Assembly: GCA_030141605.1 (NCBI GenBank)
Contig: JAQGDQ010000025.1
Coordinates: forward strand, 912,907-976,906
Length of the DNA: 64,000 nt
Source of the DNA: Tubiluchus corallicola
Taxonomy: Eukaryota > Animalia > Priapulida
Direction of reading: 5' to 3'
Numbering within the stretch: the first letter of the stretch is position 1; each line of letters opens with the position of its first letter. A program made the translations under genes and the position numbers. The notes under the pieces were generated by a model, which was given only the letters and a program-made list of their open reading frames with translations, was not told the DNA's origin and did not search any database. This document shows, piece after piece, positions 1 to 14,200 of the stretch.

Positions 1-10
1 TGTCCCACAG

Positions 11-3000
11 GTTCGCTTATCGGTTCGTCGAGCTTATGGCTCACTTGACAATGTCCGCATCCATTATCAGACGTGGTCGGACAGCGCTTCACCAAATGTG
101 GATTACATCAGTATTAGTAACGGTGTGTTAATGATGAGCGAGGGAGAAACATCGGCAGTCATAGTGGTGAACATCCTAACTGATGTAGTGCCGGAGACTG
201 ATGAAGTCTTCTATGTCAACATTACAGATGTGGAGCTACTTCCTACTGGTGCATATGCTAGAGGTACGCACTGTGTATGCTCATACTATGTTGTATAGGT
301 TTTTGCATAAGGTAAGTAGTTTTAACTCGTATTGATTATTTAATACTTATTGAATAGGAGTTGATTTCATAATATGGTTAAGTTGATTTAAATTTTGAGT
401 AAAATTTGAAATCGTTGTGTGCTTGTTCTTGCATTAGCAAGTGCTTTCCTCTTGACTGACATATTTTGTTTTCAGTTCAAGTTTTGTAACGCCATTTTTT
501 TTTAAAAACATGTTTTAAAGGGACACTCACTCGGTTTGTATTACTTGCTACATCCATTTGTTTAATTATTGAGCTGCTGTTTAAAGCAAAACTGGACCCA
601 ATGTTAAACTGTAGGTGAAAAGAACCTATTCTTTAAAATATTGAAAATAAACATACTATTTTTTAAAAAAATGACGTATGTGAAAAAATTATTACCACAC
701 AAATGCAATTTCGCAACCGCGCCACTAGTTGTTCGCTGTTAGATGCATTTTGCCCTTCGCTAGTTAGACGGGCACTAGCGCCTACATTTCGGAAATGCAT
801 TGCCCAAAAAAAACAGGTGCTGTACCTCTCAGTTCAGGTGTGTTAATAAATTTGAAATTTGAATTTCTATCTGAAACTTACTTAGTTTTAGTAAAATACA
901 CAGAATATCTTACAGTAGTACTGTACGTCAATTTTCTCTTTTGCAAACACGTGCAACACGCTCATGGAATGTTATTTTGAAAATTATGTTAGTTTGTGAT
1001 GTTCGCCCGATGTTAATTAAGATTTTAATCTATTATTTAATTATCACAAATGCTTTTGCAGTATTGTTGGTGTTAAAATGTTTACTTTTTAATGTACTTA
1101 AAAATGAAGTAGTATAAAAAATCATCCTGTCTTCCTTTAAATCATTATCCTAGGCCTGCGTGAAAACCACATATTTTGTATATTGTTTTATATAAGTTGT
1201 GCCAATATAATGTAGACTCAGCAAAACATGTGTGCAATTAATGCTAGTTTTCTTACTTGTGTAGTTCACATGCTTTTTTACATTACCTTTTTGTCAATCT
1301 TAAATGTAGTCACTGATTGTATGTAACTGCATTTAATTTTTGTTCTTGCTTGGTAAGAGTGTGTTGAAATTAGCTGTTAAGTGTATCACATCAATGCCAG
1401 TACTCAAATAAGTATTTTATATTAGCAGTTAGTTTGCTTTAATAAGCTTTGTTGTGCATTTAGGTTCATCACCTAGAGTTAGCACTATGTTCTCTGTATC
1501 CAAGATCACCATTCTCGGCAGCGATGATCCTTATGGCATCATCAGCTTCCGTACCAAAGAACTGAGCCTGAAAGAGTCAAATGATGGAACTACTAGACGA
1601 GCTATTGTACAAGTGCAGAGAACAGGTTCGGAAAACTGATTTTGATGTAACTGCAATGAGAGCCATGTCTGCAAAGCCAACCAGTTAGAAAATGACTGTT
1701 TGATTACCCTATCCCTAACCCTAACTTCAATCCCAAACCAAATCCTAATCCCCTTCACGAACCAATTTCTTTTGTGGGGGGGGAATGAAAACTTTAGCCC
1801 TAGTTTATACTTACCTAGCCCGGAAAGTTACTTATGGGAGTTTTTCAGTCCTATTATGAAATTAATACTAATCTGTTTGCCACAAATGGATCACCACATC
1901 ACATAAGACACTTTTTGATAATGTATGCTTTTCAAAAACACATTTTACTAGATACTAGATGTGTGCATTAAAAACTTCATGTTTACATGTAGTATAGCTG
2001 CTATAGTAGATTTGCAATATTATGTGGTATGATTGTTGTCCAAAAAAACGAGATTAACTCTGCAATAAGCATTTTCACAGTTTCGTTGGACACTTGAACA
2101 GTTACTGTGTCAAAAATTATGTATACACATCAACGCATTTTAACTACAACTGTTAGGTGACATATATGTAAAGCAAAGCCGTCTGCCACACCAGTTCAAT
2201 AGCTTCAATTGTTTTATGTGGACTTTCCTTAATTATGCATTAGTCTTTGCGTAGAGTGATTTACTGGCAGGATTTTGCTTGGTAATGGAAAAATGAACTA
2301 GTTAAGGTTTTAGCTAATTTTTAAAACTGTTACTATTACAATAGCATGAGCTGCGAGACGTTGTCAAGTGTACACAAATGCGTTGTCTGGTACACTTAAC
2401 CTTTGATATTTTCACGATCATCATAAGTCGCTGGAATTGTGAAAAGGCTTATTGAATCACAACAACATAATAGGAGTTCACAAGTATGTTTCAGCAGAGT
2501 TTGTAGTTTGGTTAGTGAAGTAATTTCATTTCTCTTTAGGCGGACTAAACGGTCGAGTTGGAGCTACTGTACGCACAATTGGAGGTGACGAAACTTGGCA
2601 GGACAGTCCAGATAGTGCTTTGATCACAGCTGCATTGTCTTCAATATCAACTCCACGAGCTCAAGCAAATGCTGATTATTTGCCCATCACACAAAGTCTA
2701 GTGTTTGAGGTATAATTAAAAATACAGTTTATATCTTTTGGCATCCGTAATGTGCTCTGTCATTTTTTGAAACATGTTATGCACACTTTTCTTTGCAAGC
2801 TTTTAAAGTAATTTTGTACAAGTTAAGTTTTTTATGATTCTTCGATGATTAGAACATTAAAGTTTGGTTCTTGTTTCCGTATTTTCAGCTGTTAACTTAA
2901 GTTCCTTTTAAGCTACTTCTGTTAATTTAACTTTCAGCATTGATACACAAGTATTAAATAGTAATGCCTCTATGATACTAATTAAATTGCCATCTGCCAC

Positions 3001-6000
3001 CTTTATATGAATGTCATTAGAATGTGTGTTGTTTTCAATGAATCATTTGTTGCTAGAAAGTCTAGATATCATACTGTCCAATGATTTTGTATAAGGTTGA
3101 TTGATTTTGTTACGCAGCCGGGAGAACAGTTAAAAACGGTAGAAGTCACTGTACTTGATGATCCGTACGCTGAACCTGAAGAAGTATTCTTTCTTTACTT
3201 AACCCAGCCAGTAGGTGGAGCAAGGGTAGCACAAAACACTGGTGACACTGGTTATAAGGCAAGTTCCAGAGGTTATTAATCAGTCAAATAACACCACATC
3301 AAGACAAAATCAATATTGACGCATAAATTAAACTCTGTAAACAGTGTTTATTTTTATGTTTGGCAGTGTTAATAGTCAGCTGGTTAGTTTCAATGCTTTT
3401 GCATAGAAGAGTTTAATTACATGTTGGAACCATGTTTCACTGTCATGAGGGCCACTCTTTGCCTCGTCTTGGAGCACTCAGCTTTCTTTTAATGCAGTGA
3501 ATTAAGTCTCATTCTGCATTGTCTCATTTTTGTAAACTGATTAATATAATTTAACTGAAGCAAGTCAAACCACTTTGCACACTTATTTTCAAAAATTTCC
3601 ACTGTCTAAACTCATCCTTGAGTTGAACAAAAAAATATTTGTTTCTAGGGAGTTTCTATTATAACGATTGAGAAAAGTGATTTGTGGAATGGAGTGATTG
3701 GCTTTGCCGATGATTCACAATATGCCACCTTGGACGAGGATGGCAACGGCTACGTCACTCTGAATTTAACTAGACAAGAAGCCTATTACGGTGAACTTAC
3801 TGTAAGTGATTGTAATTTCTTTTTATGCTTTTGCTTGGAATCGATTCGCGTTGTGTAAAATTTAATATTGTTTAGGCAGTAAAAAGGTTTTGTATTCCCG
3901 ATATCGTACTATTGATGCAATTTAGTTATGTGTGAGATTTGAATTCTAAAAATCACAGCTGTATCTGTTTTTATAACTTGGTTTAATAGCATTTTCCCAG
4001 CTGCTATGAATCATTGGTGATTTGCTTCTCTTGTAATTCTGCACTCTGAGAATAATAAATTCAACAGTTTGTTAAGGTTCCTTTTTTGTTTAGTAGGATG
4101 CAGCTGATTTTGAGGTTCTGGGTTAATATGGCAATAACACCTCTTTAATGTAGTTTCTAAATTGACCCAGCACACAACTGCATTGCTGCACTAACATGCC
4201 AGTTTGTGTAATTCCTGTGCCTTATATATGAAGCCGTAAAGCCCATATAGTGGCGTACATGTACATGTTTTTTATTTATTTTTATATTTTTTTGATGAAA
4301 CAGGTTTACTGGAGGGCACAAATGTTGCACACGGCTGACTCCCGAGTTGACAGCAAATTAACACGTGAACTGATATATAGTGCTGGTCAAACGACATGTG
4401 AATCTGGACTGCCACTGTGTAGTTTCAAGGTGGAGACAATTTCAGACCAGGTAAGTGCATTTATCCAGTAGGCATTCCTACATTTAATTGTTAAATTGGC
4501 TGAGCAAATTTTTTTAAGCTATTGTACTTGTTATACTTGATGCAAAGAATGTTGTCTTTTTTCTGAAGACCACAAAGTTAAGTGAAAACTTAAATATTTA
4601 AGAAAATACAATGTTGCCTGATTGAATTTTAGGTGCCAGAAAAAGCATGGTCATTTCTCGTATTTCTGGAGGGAGTGGGCGAGGGTGCAGATATTGATCG
4701 CTTGCGTCGCTTCGCTAACATAACTGTTCTCGGCAACGATTATCCTTTTGGTTTAGTCCAGTTTGATGTGGATTCTCGGTATGTTGCTTTCGTTTTGGGG
4801 CACTGCTGTGTTGCCTGTAGATGCATTACTTTAGCCACAATTAAATGTTTTTGGAAAGGAAGCAGTGGAATAGCAGTGCTTTCTGTTTTATCCATCGTAG
4901 CGTGACGTGTGTAATTACTGTGTAGGTAGGTGCATTAGGGAAATAGGATTTTATATGTTATGATATTAGGAGAAACTTTTACTTATGATGTAAGTGATTT
5001 TACTTGAGGTTTTGATCTCGTTTAGATTATTTTAGTGTATTTTACCTAATTTATAGCAAATTATTGCAAGACGCAGCACAGTTGAAACATACTTTTGTTT
5101 TCCCAAGTTCGTTGGGCCTATATTTTTTATTTGTGTCCCTTTTAAAGAGTTTTCACGTATAATAGTAGTAGTAGTAGTATTTTATTGACAATAATAACAT
5201 TAATGTCCATCAACAACATTACAGAAATTGGTACGGAGTTGGAAAAAAATTGATATTGAAAATAATTAATATTAGAGTGAGTTAATCGTAAATTTTCAAA
5301 ATTGCTGACAAGAATTTACCACAAAGTTCAGGCTCTAAATCAAATTGCTCTTGCACTCTGTTTAAATACATGGCATACATTTTTCTAATTCAGATAATTT
5401 ACAATGTACAATAACATGCGACTCGTCTTGAACAGAGACATTATCACACATGCATACCCTATTATCACGACCAGTCTTTTTCTCCTATGAAATCTAAGTG
5501 TAAAAGTGTCATTTAAATTAATCAAATTAATCAAATTATTGAAGTGTAGTTGACAGACGTCTTTGTTTTTTAAAAAATTTTAACTTTAGCGTCATTTTAA
5601 AATTATGTGACATCAGCATAAACCATTTATGACGTGTGTGTATAATGTTTAGGTTTGTTCCCATGGCACATGACATCCGACGTGCGACGCTGTTAGTGGA
5701 AAGAACAAAAGGCAACAGTACAGCATTTCAAGTGGGCTACATCACGCAAAGGATATACAACCCACAGGTAGTAGCAGGAATCAAAGTGTACCCTGCCATA
5801 CCTGGTGGTGATTTCATCGAAACATCTGGTTTGCTGTCGTTTGAGCCACAGAAGGTACAAAGCTGCTTTTCATTTCTCAGCATATAGCTTATATCTCTTT
5901 TTGATGAGAAATTATGAAAGCGTGTCTTTAGGTGCTAGATTTGACTTGAAAAAGGTGACTTTTGATCAAGTGAGTAATAAATTAATCAAATTAATTATAA

Positions 6001-9000
6001 ATTCAGGTAATTAATATTTTAACTAGTGACTGAATTTGAATTTGAATTGAATTTGGAGACTAACTTTAATAACGTGCCATAAAGACACATGCTTTTTGAA
6101 CAAAATTATTTATTGCTTATCAAACCCATTCTTTGTTTTCATCGCTAAAATTACACACACTAAATGTCTTTTAAGCCAGTCTCTTGTGGTTTAGTACTTC
6201 CTGTTTTGTCTTGTTTCAAGAGTAGTAATGTATTTTTGTACGTTACTGTAACCTTTCTGTTATTTATATCTACAGTCAGATTTCTGTAATTAATTTGCTA
6301 CAAAATGGTCGTCAATTTTCTATTGCAGAAGAGAGAAATGATACACATTACCCTAACACCAGAGCAGGCTTCAGCTAACCCTTTGCCAAAGATGTTTCAA
6401 GTAGTGCTTACTAATCCTACTAACAGAGCTGTGTAAGCGTAGAGTAGTTATGATTATAAATCTCATGCCACAGATTTTTGTGACGCTATTTATGTTTTAT
6501 GATGCTTTTGCATTTCAGAACCAAATCAAAAATTGACTGGGTGGCAAAACACAAATTGCATGTATTATTATATTGCAGATTTTGATTGATATTATACTCT
6601 TAATAATAAAAAAAAATCACGAGCGAGGTTAATCAATATTCTGAGCATGAAAGTCAGTAATTAAGGGTTTTCCATAAATGTAATAACAGCCTGAATTAAT
6701 TAACTAGAAGTAATTAAGAAACAAATGGCCCTAGGACATGCTGAAATCCGAAGAATGAAAAGTAAGTGCAAATATATATTACAAATTATGTATTACAAGA
6801 TATATATTTCAAAATATTACAAGTATGTTACAAATAATAATTTTAACATTAACAAATAATAAAGTTAAGATGCAGTCGTTGTTTATTTTGAGTATTTCAG
6901 TCACGACTCAGGGCCATTGACAAATAATGCAAGTTGTTTTTTGTCAATCTAGTGTATTTGCCTTTTGCTTTTTGTGGATTATTTTGCTTAATAAAATGAT
7001 GTCGCTGGCACGCAATTGGTCTTTGTTGTGTGTTGTCCAACATTGTCTGAAATGCTTTTAAGAGAAAGATTTTGTGTAGTTTTTCTGGTTAAATTATTAC
7101 AGATTTTTCTTTTTTGTTGTAGATTTTTCTTCAGCTTGTTAAAACTCGTGTTTTTCATTCGCGTAACAGTAAGAGTTACAATTGTAAGCACATTCATTGT
7201 TGTTAAAGCTCGTGTTTTTCATCTGTGCAACAGTAAGAGTTACAATTGTAAGCACATTCATCGTTGTTAAAGCTCATGTTTTTCATCCGTGTAACAGTAA
7301 GAGTTGCAATTGTAAGCGCATTCATCGTTGTTAAAGCTCGTGTTTTTCATCCGTGTAACGGTAAGAGTTGCAATTGTAAGTGCATTCATCGTTGTTAAAG
7401 CTCGTGTTTTTCATCCGTGTAACGGTAAGAGTTGCAATTGTAAGCGCATTCATCGTTGTTAAAGCTCGTGTTTTTCATCCGTGTAACGGTAAGAGTTGCA
7501 ATTGTAAGTGCATTCATCGTTGTTAAAGCTCGTGTTTTTCATCTGTGTAACAGTAAGAGTTACAATTGTAAGCACATTCATCGTACACTAGTACTTAACT
7601 CATGAAAAATGGCAACTGGGATTTTGATTTGATAATAATTTACTTGTGAACAATACGTGCATTGTGTTATATTCTTGCAGGTTAAATAAAAAGTATTCTG
7701 TTGCGAACGTTACCATCGTGCATAGTATGCAGAACATTGAATTCTGGGAACTTCGGTCTAAGATGGTGACCGACTTGTCAAATGCTCACATAATGAAGTA
7801 AGTCCTGTTTTCTTAGTTTGCTGACTGTTCTTAATTTGTTTCTTGTCTTACCACACCACATAAATATGAAAATGTACACTATCAATTCACACCACATAAT
7901 TTGGTTTCGTAACCATCTTTGCCTGCTCTTTCTTAGCACGCTTGAAGAACTACAGGTTCACCTGGAAGATACAATGGATATCAACGCTTTGGCTATTGCC
8001 TCAGATATTATGGAACTAATACTAGATGAAGGACAAAGACGTCCGTAAGTTGTTGATTCAGTATGTTTAAGTAAAATATTGTGCAACTTGAGCGGATGGG
8101 CATGTGTGAGGATAAGACTAGAGTATTTCTGCCTTCAGCTAACTCCATTTTTCTGCTTGCTAGGTGTAGATCATTGACACACCTTAAAGCTTACATTTTA
8201 GATAGCTAACTACAGAACATACTGGTGATCAATTCTTTTTAGTGTTCTGGTGTTTGTGTGTTTGTTTGTATGCATTTGGGCTTGTCTATACCTGGCAGGT
8301 TTGGGTGGAGGGGGTCCTAATGACCTTATATGGATCTGGATGACTCTAAAATTAACTGGTATACAACCTAAGCATTTGTTTTAGTGCAAATGCTGCATAG
8401 CCAAAATTTACTAATAAATATTGAAAAGTTCTAGACTGTGGCTACCTAATTACTGAACTACCTACGGAATTTTTTGTTTTATTAATTGCTGTTGTTCATT
8501 CGGTGCTTAAATTCAATGTTACTATTTCTGCAGATGTAAAAATTTTGTTTCTATGTATTGTATAAGTGTTGTATAATTCTAGGCTGCCAGCAGCAGTAAA
8601 ACGAATCATGATGAACATATTCTGCAAGCTGATGAATCCTAACCGTGCTGACACTAGAGGGCAGTACCAGTTAGTGAAACTTTATGAAAAGTTTGCCTAT
8701 AGTCTGCTGACTGGTCAACAATGCAACTCAAATTGGAGGCAGCAGTAAGGATATTTGTACTTGATCTTCCAAAAAACAGCTAAATTGAAATTTCTACAAA
8801 GTGCTCATTTTCATTTTCCGTTTAATTCAGATAGTTTTTTTTTAAACAAATTGGTAGAAATAAGGTGTAATTATTACGAAAAGTTCATGTTTTCGTGAAT
8901 ACTGTCAAGATGATAATTTTTGGTCATTCGGTTTCATCAGCCTTGCTGCTTCCGGCTATTTGTCTGATTACTAAACGTAATAAGTGGCAGGGGTGAGCAT

Positions 9001-10849
9001 CGAATGTTTGAATTCGATTTGAACCTAAAATTCAGCAAATGTTTGAAACAATATGCAATTAGCACAATTTAGCTGCCGTTTCTGTGCAGAATTTTTAACA
9101 AACTAATAGTGCTCTTGCTGCAGAGCAAAATCCTGCAATGTGCATGATCTTTGTAAGACCACTTCATACTATTGGTTTGAAAACTTGTTCGCAAATCTTT
9201 CAAACTCAATTCGAATTCGATTCTGATTCGAAATACTGAAATTCGGTTTCATTCAAATTCGAAAGTCACAAATTCGATTCGATTCGAATTTGCTTTCTGG
9301 TGGAGAATGCTCTATCCTAATAAGTAGACCCTGCAGTGATGAATACTGGTTTGGTGTGTGCTCTATGTAGTGTGTAGGCTTATACAGACTGATATGTCTT
9401 AATAAAATGTTTTGGTCAACTTTTTTTTCACCTTTTTATTTATATAAAATAATTTTTGAACAACTTGAACATTTCATAGCAAATTCAGTCTGGCTTGTCT
9501 TTCGTTGGCTGGCTACTTATTATCAAGAAATACAAATATTGTGCATAGCTTTTAATAGCATTAACAGAACTATTACGTTTGCTTGCATGCTTTTTCTCTC
9601 AACTGCAATTAGTTTTTTGTCAGTTAATCGTTCTTTTTTACATTTAGTGTCTATTACCGGTTGATGGTGTTAATATTACAAAAGCTGTTTTCTTTGTACA
9701 TTCAGGCCAATGTATTCCGAGTGTCGATACTCTAAAATAGAAGTCTACAGGCAAAAACCTTCAAGCATAGCAGGACACACATTTACAGCATTGTAGGTAT
9801 TAACTTAATAATAGAATTAGGGAATTAAGAACTTTCTTGTGTGAATTTTGGATTTCGCTTTTCTATTATATTGAACAGTAAGAGTTTTTTTTATAATGAT
9901 GACTAAAGTGTCTTTATTATTAATGGACATTTGATTAATCTTTGAATTCAGCTAAATAAATGGATTGTTTTTTATTGTAGTGTAGTTGAGTTTTTATTGT
10001 CAGTTGTGTTTGTGAATTCATTAGTCACTCTGCTGGTAAACCTAACATGAGATGAGTGATCTAATATTGCTTCTTTTTTCTGCTTAAGAAATGGGGATTA
10101 TGTAAAGATGCCAGAAACGTTCCAGCTGACAACGGCAGGTTATACAGTATGTACAAAAATATGCAGTACATTGTTTGTTTTTACAATCTTTTAGTTGTTT
10201 ATTTGCCTGACGTGCACTGAAAATATTTCTAGTAGGCTTTAAATGATGATTTTTATTCAAATTTTGAAGCCTTTTATAATATATTATTCATTTGGTGTTT
10301 CGCATCATAGTTGCAAGCACGACCAAGCATTCTTTGTACATTTAAAGATTTCGTAACGTGAATACTGTAATTCATATTGACTGTTTTTTCGGCTTTTTCG
10401 AAAAAGACAGTCAGTGTTTTTACATAAAGAATGCTGCATTTTTGTTTCAGTGTCGTGATGTGCATTTTATAGAATACAGCAGTCCACACTGGTTTATCTC
10501 TGGAGAGGATTTCCTACCACTTGTGAACAACAGGGTAACAATAGAATGTCAATATTTTTCAATCAGAATGAGTCATCTATGTATTCTGTTTACAGTTTGA
10601 CATATATTTTGAATGTAAATGACAGTTTAATATGTTCCATTAATTGATTGAGCATGTAACAATCGATTTGCTGTCTGTGTGGTTTTCTTTGCTGCAGTTT
10701 AACTTGTTTTACATTTTATTAACTTAATCATGTTTTGGTTTAAACAAGTAGCTTTGAGATTTTCCCGGTCATTAATGCATGCTCACATTTATGTGAGTTC
10801 TTTACAGTTACATACACAAATACATTAATTATTTGTTTACTATTTGTCG

Positions 10850-10889
<40 letters not shown>

Positions 10890-11135
10890 GTTATTGTATA
10901 TATTTTGTTGCTTTTTGTTTGCACAGGTATTATCCATTGGCGTGAAGGATGAACCAACTCGATATACGGCCAGTCCAGTGATTTACAGGGTCCATTCTCC
11001 AACTGGAGTTTCATCAAAGTAAGATTATAATTAAGCAGCTGAAATTAGTTAACAATGTTTTACTTAAGTCCCAAGATGTATTAATTGAAGGGCCTTGAAT
11101 TACAGGGTTAGTTCTGAGTTTGAAGGGAGGGGAGG

Positions 11136-11167
<32 letters not shown>

Positions 11168-11233
11168 AAGAGAGAGAGAGAGAGAGAGGGGGGGAGAGAA
11201 AGAGAGAGGGAGAGAGAGAGGGGGAGAGAGAGA

Positions 11234-11291
<58 letters not shown>

Positions 11292-14200
11292 ACAAATTTA
11301 TTAAACATTTGAATAAAGTATATTTTGTTGAGTAGCTGATCAGTAAATCAATTTTTTTGTTTATTAAAGGTGTGTGTACTTCAGCATGGGAAGTGGCTCC
11401 TGGTTGGGTTCTGAACCGGATGGTCTTTGCACTGTTGTTGAGAAAACATCTGACTATGTGGAATGTGCTTGCCGCCATTTTTCCAGCTATGCTTTGCAGC
11501 TGATGAAGGATGTTGACCCGAGGACAGTGGCTCCACCTACACCTAGCTATGGAGACATATACAACGTCTGGTTCTTTATCTCCTGTTTTGTTGCCGTTGT
11601 ATGTATTAGATGTACTATTCTGAGAATAAAATGTACTAACAATTTGGCAAGACTAGAAAAATTATAGGATGCAAATAACAAAAACCCGCATTTAAAACTT
11701 AAACCTATAAAAGAAAGAATTTAAGTCTTTGCAAATTAATATTTAGTTGAGTGTTTTGCAAAACGTCTGTTGTTTGTTTGTGTACTCATGGAAATGAGTG
11801 CTAGATATTTCTCGGGTTATACACAAGTAGCTAAAGAGGTAATGGCACCCAAGTTTTTCGATTCCCACAAATCAGTTGGCATACAGATGGCTCTTGGGGG
11901 TTGTAATGGCACACACGTGACCCTCCATAATTAAACAATGGATTAGAATTCTAGATACAGTATATCAGTTCATTGGTTGTCACCTTTGTTTCATTGTTTT
12001 ATTGATGTCATTGGAAAACTTAGTCTACTCAGCATGTCATGTGAATGATCTTCATACTTTTAACAACTAAGCAAATCCAAGCACAAATTGAAATCTTCTA
12101 TTCCACAGCGCAGAATTTACTTTTAAATTTAATATCTAAAATAAGTGACTTAGCAACTTTTCAGAAAGAACACCCAAAATTATATTGTGTCTCAAAGCCT
12201 AAGATTGCAGAACCTTAGAAAATTACCAAGTTACCGAGTATGATAACAACTCTGTGTTTTACTAGCACGCGGATTTGACAGTTTTCTGTGTTTAGTCAAA
12301 AAATGTTTTGTGTTTTTTTCTGCAGATTGGCTTCTTCCTAGCTATTTGTGCTCATCATCTATGTGCTGTGTATTCCATGTTTTCGGCCAGCTTGCTGATG
12401 CACATGTGTTTTGCATGTCTTGCCACACAGGTAATAATTATGTGAAGCTATAATTAGCTGCAGATTAATTAACTATTTGTTCTGTAGTGTGTTCTGCAAA
12501 GAAAGGTAAGGAAAACAGCGTGTTAAATTCATTTTATCTTACTACACAGATCACAAGCCGTGCTTAGCCCCGCTCAACTTGATGACGTAACACACATTCT
12601 CACAAACTCTGGCTGCAAACCGAAAAACATGGAAAAATTTGGTACTCCAAATTTGGTACGGGTAGATTTGGTCCTAGTAAGTTTGGCACGATGAATTTTT
12701 AATACAGCAAAATTTTAGCACTGGGAAGATTGGGTACAGGGAAACTTATGTACTTTAGTACTGGTAAAACTTAATACAGTACTGGCCAAGTTTTGTCAAG
12801 CATTTTTGTACAAGTAAATCTGGTACAAGGTAAAAATGGTACAGAACAGGTTTGGTGATAGGAAAATTGAGTACTGGAAAGGTTTAATTGGTACTTGCAA
12901 AATATAGTACAGAGAAAATATGGTACAAGGAAAGTTTGGCACTATGAAAATATCTTTTATAAAACCTATATACGTCTAAAATCATACTAGAGATTATAAA
13001 TGATCAGTTCTAAAAGACTTATGTAAGCAATAAGGGTTTAAACAACGTAAGTTAATTACCCCAGATATACTGTGAATAACAATTAAGATGTCTAGCAAAT
13101 ACTGAATTTTCAACATTAAAAAAACATTAATGCAATAGTAGATTTGACAATCTCTTGTAACAGCATAAAATTTTTAATAAAAAAAATTGAAACTAACTAC
13201 CAAGAGACAGACAGCATTTTTATTAACTTGAAAGTTCAGCTCATGTTATCTACCTAGCTGGGAGAGATTTTTTCAGCGGCAGATTTGTTTGAGTATTTTG
13301 GCTTGAAGAAACTGATAAATCTGACTGTTTCTAATCTTTTCAAGGCATTATACTTCTGCACAACTATTACTCAAACATAATGTTTCACCAATATGTCCCT
13401 GTACTTCTGCTAGACAAATTTTAGTTACAGAAATCTTGTATAGCTGGAGAAAATAAAATAATGATAATAATTTTCACTCTTGCAGTATATTTCATTGCAT
13501 TTTCTGCCTGTGTCTGGAGACGCATTTGTTGTGCAGCTTAGGCGAAGGAAGAGGGAAGACAAAGGGAGAGTTAATTGGCCATCACGAGGTGGACCCCCGA
13601 TTGTTGATTGACATTTTGCGATCTGTATATTATGTTATACTCAATTTTATGTTTTTGTGTTTTTCATACTTGTGCAAAACCTTGAAGTTTCTGTCATGAC
13701 AGTTTACCTGAGTTGTTTATATTATTTATGCTATATTATTATGATTATATTAATTAATTATTATATGTTCATTTTATCTAGGTTGTCTATGTTATTGATG
13801 CATATCTCTCAACTGACATTCTTGCAGATGCTTCTAATAATAAGTGTATTGTCATGGGGATCTTTCTTCACTATTTCTTTCTTGCTCAGTTTACCTGGAT
13901 GGGTGCCCAGGTAACAATAACTTATGGAGTTATTTCATCTTTTAATTATTATATGTGCGGCTGTTGAAATGCGTAATTTTACGAGGCTGTATGATTTCTT
14001 TATATAATTTGAGCCAGTCCACTAAGATTTCTGTTGTGTCCCATCCAATTGATTCTAATATAGTCCAATGTTCCAATCAATCTATCAGTGCTGATCGGTT
14101 CCAGTCTGGTTCAGTCCAATTGAATTGAAACCGACTGAATCAAACCGAGTCCAACATAGTCCAGTTTATTTTAATCCTAATTTTATATAATCAATGCTTT

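Noticed and set aside
7137-7584. CRISPR-like look of this tandem array (also 22455-23297, 33935-34665, 51733-52298)
   Set aside because: Units are head to tail with no unique spacers, there are no cas genes, and the context is eukaryotic introns.
11014-11335. ORFs of SL/ER repeats (also 39693-40192, 53374-54031, 57145-57522, 27420-27771, 42033-42296)
   Set aside because: They are translations of microsatellites.
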